Positions 1 to 64,000 of a stretch of 64,000 nucleotides of DNA are shown in pieces. Numbering within the stretch: the first letter of the stretch is position 1; every line of letters begins with the position of its first letter. Where the stretch lies: NCBI RefSeq assembly GCF_001194135.2, contig NC_068989.1, positions 32,678,542 through 32,742,541 on the forward strand, given 5' to 3'. The notes under the pieces are model-generated. The model saw only the letters and a program-made list of their open reading frames with translations. It was not told the DNA's origin and did no database searches. This DNA comes from Octopus bimaculoides. Its lineage: Eukaryota. The position numbers were made by a program, and so were the translations under genes.

Positions 1-80
1 GTTTCACCAGTCCTCAGTCAAATCGTCCAACCCATGCTAGCATGGAAAGCGGACGTTAAACGATGATGATGATGATGATG
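1..80 (+). mobile_element. RTE-family LINE 3' end with (GAT)n tail
   Basis: Matches the 3' end of other copies in the window (e.g. 21535-21612) and ends in ggacgttaaac(gat)n. Confidence 0.8.
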
Positions 81-2520
81 AATAACCTCTTTCCCACTGA
101 ACAAAAAGGATGCAGACGAGGCTCATATGGATGCAAACGAGGCTCATACGGATGCAGACGAGGCTCATACGGATGCAAAGATCAGCTCTTAATTAATCGC
201 ATGATCCTTGAGAACTGCCATAACAAGCGCAGAAATCTCAGCTCTTCGTGGATTGATTATAAAAAAGCCTTTGACAGCATACCACATTCGTGGATTTTGA
301 ATTCGCTGGACATTTTCAAAATTTCTCCTGTGATTTCAGATTTTTTAAAGTATAATATGTTACTATAGAACATGAAGCTGCAATTATATCATTCTAATGG
401 AGTATTGCCCTCAAACAATATTAGCATAAACTGTGGCATTTTCCAAGGTGACTTGCTTTCACCACTAATTTTCTGCATAGCACTAATACCACTCTCAAGT
501 GAACTGAATAGAACAGGGTATGGCTACAAAATTGACAACAGGAAAATATGCCATCTATTTTATATGGATTATTTAAAGCTATATAGCAAAGATGATGAAG
601 AGCTTCAAGGACTACTACATACTGTGAAAGGATTCAGTGATGAAAGGGAAACTGGTAAAGTAAAGTTCAATAGAATTAGATGTCGAAACAGTAATAAAAG
701 AACTTGAGCAGGAACAAACCTATAAATACCTAGGAATAAATGAAGGCTCTGGTATCCAGCATGCAAGCATGAAAGAGAAGGCTAGGAAGGAATGTTACAG
801 AAGAGTTCGAGCAGTTCTGAAGTCTGAGCTGAATGCATATGATAAGGTGTTAGCCATAAATTCCTTAGCAGTCCCAGTTGTTCTTTATAGCTTCAATGTG
901 CTTAACTTGAATACCAGTGAAATAGTCAAAATTGATAGAAAAATCCGCAAGCTACTGACTTGTAATNNNNNNNNNNNNNNNNNNNNNNNNNNNNNNNNNN
1001 NNNNNNNNNNNNNNNNNNNNNNNNNNNNNNNNNNNNNNNNNNNNNNNNNNNNNNNNNNNNNNNNNNNNNNNNNNNNNNNNNNNNNNNNNNNNNNNNNNNN
1101 NNNNNNNNNNNNNNNNNNNNNNNNNNNNNNNNNNNNNNNNNNNNNNNNNNNNNNNNNNNNNNNNNNNNNNNNNNNNNNNNNNNNNNNNNNNNNNNNNNNN
1201 NNNNNNNNNNNNNNNNNNNNNNNNNNNNNNNNNNNNNNNNNNACTTCACTCTATTCTGAAAGAGAGCAAAAAATTCGCTACCGATCACTTAGATACCCAC
1301 CAGCTTGATCAGGTTGAAGGAAATGCGCCAACTGTTGCTGCAAAGGAAATAAAATTAATTGCAAAGACAAAAGCACATGAAAAATTAGCTAGCAGATGGG
1401 AACAGAAACCTCTGCATGGCAAGTATGCGGCTCGTAGCAAACAAGCTGATGTCGACCAGAAACGCATGCATCAATGGTTACGAAGCTCAGGGCTAAAAGC
1501 AGAGAGTGAAGGTTTCATATTGGCTGCTCAAGACCAAAGCTTATTAACCCGGAACTACCAAGCCAATGTGATAAAAAATGGAGCTGACCCAAAATGCCGA
1601 TTCTGTAACAATGCAATTGAAACTATAGACCACCTAATCTCAAGGTGTAGAGTCTTAGCACCTGTAGAATATAAAGCAAGACATGGCAGAATTGGCCAGT
1701 ATTTACACTGGACAATATGTCAGCATTGTAAAATCAAAACCGCTGACAAATGGTATAAACACCATCCTGAAGCTGTGACTGAGGGAGAAAATGTATCGAT
1801 TCTCTGGGACTTCCCCGTACATACCGACAAGGCTATAAAAGCTAATAAATTGGATATTATTATAAAAGATCAGACAAAGAAGAAGTGTTTATTAATTGAC
1901 ATGAGTATTCCCTGTGATTATAATATAGCGGCGAAAGAATTTGACAAGATCAGTAAATATAAAGACTTGCTAATAGAAATTGAAAAAATGTGGCACCTCA
2001 AGGCGACTACCGTACCAGTGAGTGTAGGATCTCTNNNNNNNNNNNNNNNNNNNNNNNNNNNNNNNNNNNNNNNNNNNNNNNNNNNNNNNNNNNNNNNNNN
2101 NNNNNNNNNNNNNNNNNNNNNNNNNNNNNNNNNNNNNNNNNNNNNNNNNNNNNNNNNNNNNNNNNNNNNNNNNNNNNNNNNNNNNNNNNNNNNNNNNNNN
2201 NNNNNNNNNNNNNNNNNNNNNNNNNNNNNNNNNNNNNNNNNNNNNNNNNNNNNNNNNNNNNNNNNNNNNNNNNNNNNNNNNNNNNNNNNNNNNNNNNNNN
2301 NNNNNNNNNNNNNNNNNNNNNNNNNNNNNNNNNNNNNNNNNNNNNNNNNNNNNNNNNNNNNNNNNNNNNNNNNNNNNNNNNNNNNNNNNNNNNNNNNNNN
2401 NNNNNNNNNNNNNNNNNNNNNNNNCTGTGAATTTGCGTGTGTAAACTGGGAATGCATACGAGTTTCTCTGCCCTAGGTGTACGGAAAACACTCGGCGAGA
2501 AATGGAAGAAAATTTGAAGA
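81..2520 (+). mobile_element. 5'-truncated R4/Dong-like non-LTR retrotransposon (RT + CCHC knuckle + restriction-like endonuclease), degenerate
   Basis: RT motifs WIDYKKAFDSIPH, GIFQGDLLSP and HLFYMDYLKLY. C-terminal CRFC..ETIDHLISRC knuckle and ILWDF..KLDIIIKD..LIDMSIP..KYKDL REL domain. Followed by (AAT)n. Confidence 0.85.
108..177 (+). repeat. 21-bp tandem repeat GGATGCARACGAGGCTCATAY x3.3 inside the RT
   Basis: Units at 108-128, 129-149 and 150-170, plus a partial unit; encodes GC(R/K)RGSY three times. Confidence 0.95.
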
Positions 2521-2582
2521 AAGAAGAAAAAAAAACAACAACATAATAATAATAATAATAATAATAACAATAATAATAACAA

Positions 2583-2797
2583 CAGTTTCAAATTTTGGCA
2601 CAAGGCCAGCAATTCTGGGTAGGGGATAAGTCGATTACATTGACCCCAGTGTTCAACTGGTACTTATCTTATCAACCCTAAAAGGATGAAAGGCAAAGTC
2701 AGCCTCAGTGGAATTTGAACTCAGAACATAAAGACAGACGAAATGCCACTAAGTATTTTGCCTGGTGAACTAATGATTCTGCCAGCACACCGCCTTA
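2583..2797 (-). mobile_element. SINE family B (tRNA-related head, GTCGATAAAATAAGTACC-type core)
   Basis: Homologous to copies at 14715, 41255, 47580, 49732 and 62685; flanked by (AAT)n and (TAG)n(TAA)n. Confidence 0.8.
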
Positions 2798-2819
2798 GTT
2801 GTAGTAGTAGTAGTAGTAG

Positions 2820-2851
<32 letters not shown>

Positions 2852-2989
2852 TTTATATGGGCTATAAGAGTCAAAAAAACATTTAGCACAATACAATAGA
2901 CAGTGGAAATTTACATATACACAGGTAAACAATGCAAACAACAATACGAAAATTGATAACAATAAAATTCCCCTATTGTGGTGACTATT

Positions 2990-4870
2990 AGCTAGGGGTA
3001 ACCAAAAATGTCACTAATCCTGGATCACCCTGACAGCCAACAGCACTGCAAAGAGCCACTCCTGTCGTCCATTCTCTTCCTCAAAGCAAGATAATTCACT
3101 CAAGCATCGTATTCACCCACCTTTCAACAAATATTCTAGAGGGAAGCATCTCTCTCTATACTCACCTTCTTTTTTAAGTGAATTTTAAAAAGTTAATGAG
3201 AGCTTGGTCAAAGTGGAAAGTGTCAGTCTTCAGTCCTTTCAGTCTCATCCATCACACAACTTCCTTTGCACTAATCACCAGGCAAGGGTAAACTGCTTAT
3301 ATTTCCTGGCCAAAGAAGACAGCAGGATGATCTTCATGATGAAATCAGCTGATAACTGCTTCTGCCTTACAGGTGACTGTAGCTGTTCAATATAACTCTA
3401 CAAATCTGTAGTGCTTGGAGAGTTGTTATGCCATAGCACAGTTGTGCTATGGCATTCTCCAGCCAATTAGGGCAGTTTTCTATCCATGAAGTGAGGCACG
3501 TCTTTTAATCAGTTAGCAGAAAGACGGTGGACCAGCAACATTGCTTCTTCATCATGAACAGTTTTTCACACCCGCTTTGTGTCACTAGCTATGAATTATA
3601 ACCATTCTCAACTTGCTACTTCAGCCTATTTCATTTATGCCAACTTCACGCCATGAAATTCTGGATGACATCAGCTTACTACTCTGGTTATGTTATGAGT
3701 GGGATATTTTTGTTTATGCTAGCTCTGTTCCTATTAGCTTATAATGACTTCCAACTGAATCTATATTTCAAGCATAAGTTATAAAGTTTTCTCTGACTCA
3801 TGTGCACATACACTCGACTACACTCTACTTGTCAGCTCTTGTTAATATAAAATACTTTTGTATAAAAACTGCCTTCTGATATTCCATTACACATGCTTCT
3901 CAAAAGCTCATTTACTGGACTTTTCCACAAACACTTTCATACCATAAATTAGGTACTACTCTCACTAAATTAGTGACATTATAAATGGACACCAAACTAA
4001 AGTTGAATGAGAGCATGCAGGACAGTTTTGTCAATCTGCACATATCTTGGGCAGACCAGGCTGAGAGCACTACCATAACCGTAGAGTTTATCCTGAACCA
4101 ACAATGTCCCCCTGGTAGTGTTGCCAGATCAGAGATTTCTGGAAATTAACCAAAGTCCTTGGAAAAGACCAGCTTAATGGCCAGAGTTTTCCTCAAGGAT
4201 TTCATCATCCTTTCTACTTCTATAAAATGCCATAGTGAAACTTGTACAAACTGTGTTGTCTAACTGGTACAAGGTTATGAGCATCTTACCAACCCACTAG
4301 GAGCAAGATGCCCTGCCTCAGTCTACATTGATCCAGGACTACAACTCTGTGAAAGAGATGAGATGTGGAAACCATTGACCACTGCCAAAGAAATACCGGA
4401 GACATTGTACCCTTAGCACATATCTGCACATCATTAGCTACAGTATGACCAGTGGAATCTGCCTCTTCCACAGAAAATAGAAGAGCAAGCACTCCACTCA
4501 GGTCAGCCATGAAATGGGTAAAGTACAATGGTCAGGCAGGAGTAGATGACTCCTAGATCACATCCCAGTCAGGCAGAATGTGATGTAGGTGTTTGGAACT
4601 TTAGAGATAACTTTTTCTTGCCTAGTTTCTGGGTAAATCTAGCCTGCTCATTACCTTGTCTTAGTTTTTTATTCCATGTGGAGATCTGGAACAAATCACA
4701 TCCCAAGTAGTCTGCCATTTGTCCAGCACCCACAACGCTGTTAGACAGTATGGACCTGCCTCTCCAGATATTGAGCTGCAGGCATGCTGACTTTCCTTGC
4801 TGATTACCTCAATGTGCCTAATGTCTGATACTATGATTTGACTGCAACCATACTGGAGCACTGTCTTGAA
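2990..4870 (-). mobile_element. Degenerate L1-clade (Tx1-like) LINE ORF2 C-terminal half
   Basis: Minus-strand fragments KKKLSLK, VIYSCLTIV, LFYFLWKRQIPLV, AKEVV.WMRLKGL and FVERWVN, in the order expected for a Tx1-like ORF2; many stops. Confidence 0.55.
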
Positions 4871-4894
4871 GATTTTAGTTGAACAAACTGACTC

Positions 4895-5210
4895 CAGGAC
4901 TTATTTTATTTTTTAAAGCCTAGTACTTATTCTATCGATCTGTTTTGCCAAACCACTAAGTTACAGGAACATAAACACACCAATACCAGTTGTCGAGCGG
5001 TGATGGGGAACAAAAACAGACACAAAGACATATATATATATATGTATATAAACTAATGGCTGCACCGGCCATGAGGGTCTGACAATATGTGTGTGTGTAA
5101 ACACAGACACATATATACAATGAGCTTATAGTAGAAGACACTTGCCGAAAGTGCCATGCAGTGGGACTGAACCCTAAACCATGTAGTTGGGAAGCAAGCT
5201 TGTTCACAGG
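4895..5210 (-). mobile_element. SINE family A (tRNA-derived head, CORE-like domain, internal TA/CA microsatellite)
   Basis: Head GGTTCAGTCCCACTGCATGGCAC..GGCAAGTGTCTTCTACTATA on minus; homologous to 9505, 29985, 36458, 46372, 49255 and 62278. Confidence 0.8.
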
Positions 5211-5439
5211 TGTTGTTCAGTTACTTCCACATGCAGCCCAACAAACATATGTAACAAGGAAAGCTTCTTTATGTATTAGAAAATAATTTATCTGTCACAT
5301 TAACAGGAAAGGTGTTTATACACTACAGAAAGTCTTTGTTGGAAACTTAACATTTGGGCAAATTTTTACATAGTTGCTGTGGTGTGCCTTCTTTCATTCT
5401 AGGTTGAATATACAGCTGTTAAAACAACTATTAGGGGTG

Positions 5440-6435
5440 TATAGTAACTCGACCCAAGACGGAGAATTTTTGGTGCTCAATTCAGCTGTATTTGTAGGCC
5501 TCACGCACGTTAGTTTCTAGTTAGACCACCGAACTATCACGTGGACAGCGGCCGTTCATTGGATAAAATCTCGGTTGTGCACATGATTGAATTGTGATTT
5601 CTATGTCGGAAAATGCGATATCGAATTCAATGCTATACATATTTGCATTCATCAATTCAATCAGTCACCACTACAGACCAGGCCAACAACCAACCGGCCG
5701 TGACAACATTTAACAGATGAGTAGTGGTTAAACTGGACCAAACTGAAGGGAGCCAAGATTTACATGTAGTTAATATTTGACTGTGTGAGAATGAAATTTA
5801 CAGAAAGAGTACAAGGCTTACAGTACCAAAATACGCAACCAACAATAACATAAATGGTTGAGTATCCCGTTAACCCATGTATCATTAACTTAAATCTTCC
5901 GACAAAAACACTTTGAATTACAATAAAGTCCATCTGACAGTTTCCACAGTGTTCCTATCCATCGAATTTCACCCACAACATTTAGATTAACCAGAAGTTT
6001 TATAAATGCAAAGTGTCATGTAGTGATATCGAACCCGATTAACTGAATTTCTTAACCATTTGGGTATACATAAACTTATTAAACACAAACGTATGTATTT
6101 CCACAGAGAATATTCTACAGGGTGGGACACGAGAAGAAAAACGAAAAATGTGGGAGTCTATCAGCAAATTTCATACTTCGACACTGTGCAGATTTTAAAC
6201 AAATATATTTCGAATATTGAGATCTTTAGTTTTCATATTCTGTTTGTATAATGATTTAAATTTTACAAAGGGAATTCACAATTTACTTTTAAATTTTAAA
6301 TATTATTTATAATAATAATTAAAAGGATTATTTACTTACAAATTATCTCTTTTGTTCCTATTTTCCCCACAATTCGAATCTAATTAATATTATAGCTTTA
6401 CCTTAAACATATTGCTCCGGAGTTGAGAAAAAAAA
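5440..6435. promoter_or_regulatory. Probable CDK5 promoter / 5' UTR region
   Basis: Largely non-repetitive sequence directly upstream of the ATG. CpG-retaining stretch at ~5440-5900 with a CACGTG E-box near 5538. TSS cannot be determined. Confidence 0.45.
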
Positions 6436-63931
<57,496 letters not shown>

Positions 63932-64000
63932 GTAAATCTGAGTTTGTTATTTAAATTAGTTAAGCAAACATGTATTTGATATTTTAATCATTTTGTTATA

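Overview
AT-rich, gap-ridden eukaryotic draft-genome sequence, inferred to be a cephalopod (Octopus-like) from the tRNA-derived SINE families, the (GAT)n-tailed RTE LINEs and the microsatellite load. The only host gene I can support is CDK5 on the + strand. Six coding exons (6436-6472, 20426-20514, 45021-45088, 51502-51619, 60419-60514, 63857-63931) splice in frame to residues 1-161, including [21 protein letters not shown] and DFG; the gene continues beyond the window. The introns (3-24 kb) and upstream flank are filled with decayed mobile DNA: R4/Dong-like, Tx1/L1-like, CR1, RTE and Penelope-like retroelements, two hAT transposons (Tol2/Ac-like and Buster/Charlie-like), a full-length mariner, MITEs, a solo LTR and many SINEs. 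None of the ORFs in the supplied track is an intact novel gene. The most interesting observations are: (1) a mariner whose right TIR ends 24 nt before the CDK5 exon 2 acceptor and appears to supply the branch point; (2) an in-phase look-alike of exon 5 in intron 4, lying between two copies of a ~95-bp repeat; (3) a GC-richer Tol2-like hAT that may be a horizontal acquisition; (4) a cryptic Penelope-like relic ending in TTAGGG-like sequence; (5) a near-complete antisense RTE with a duplicated 5' module. All alignments were made by eye and no database search was run. Repeat boundaries are approximate unless TIRs or TSDs are cited.
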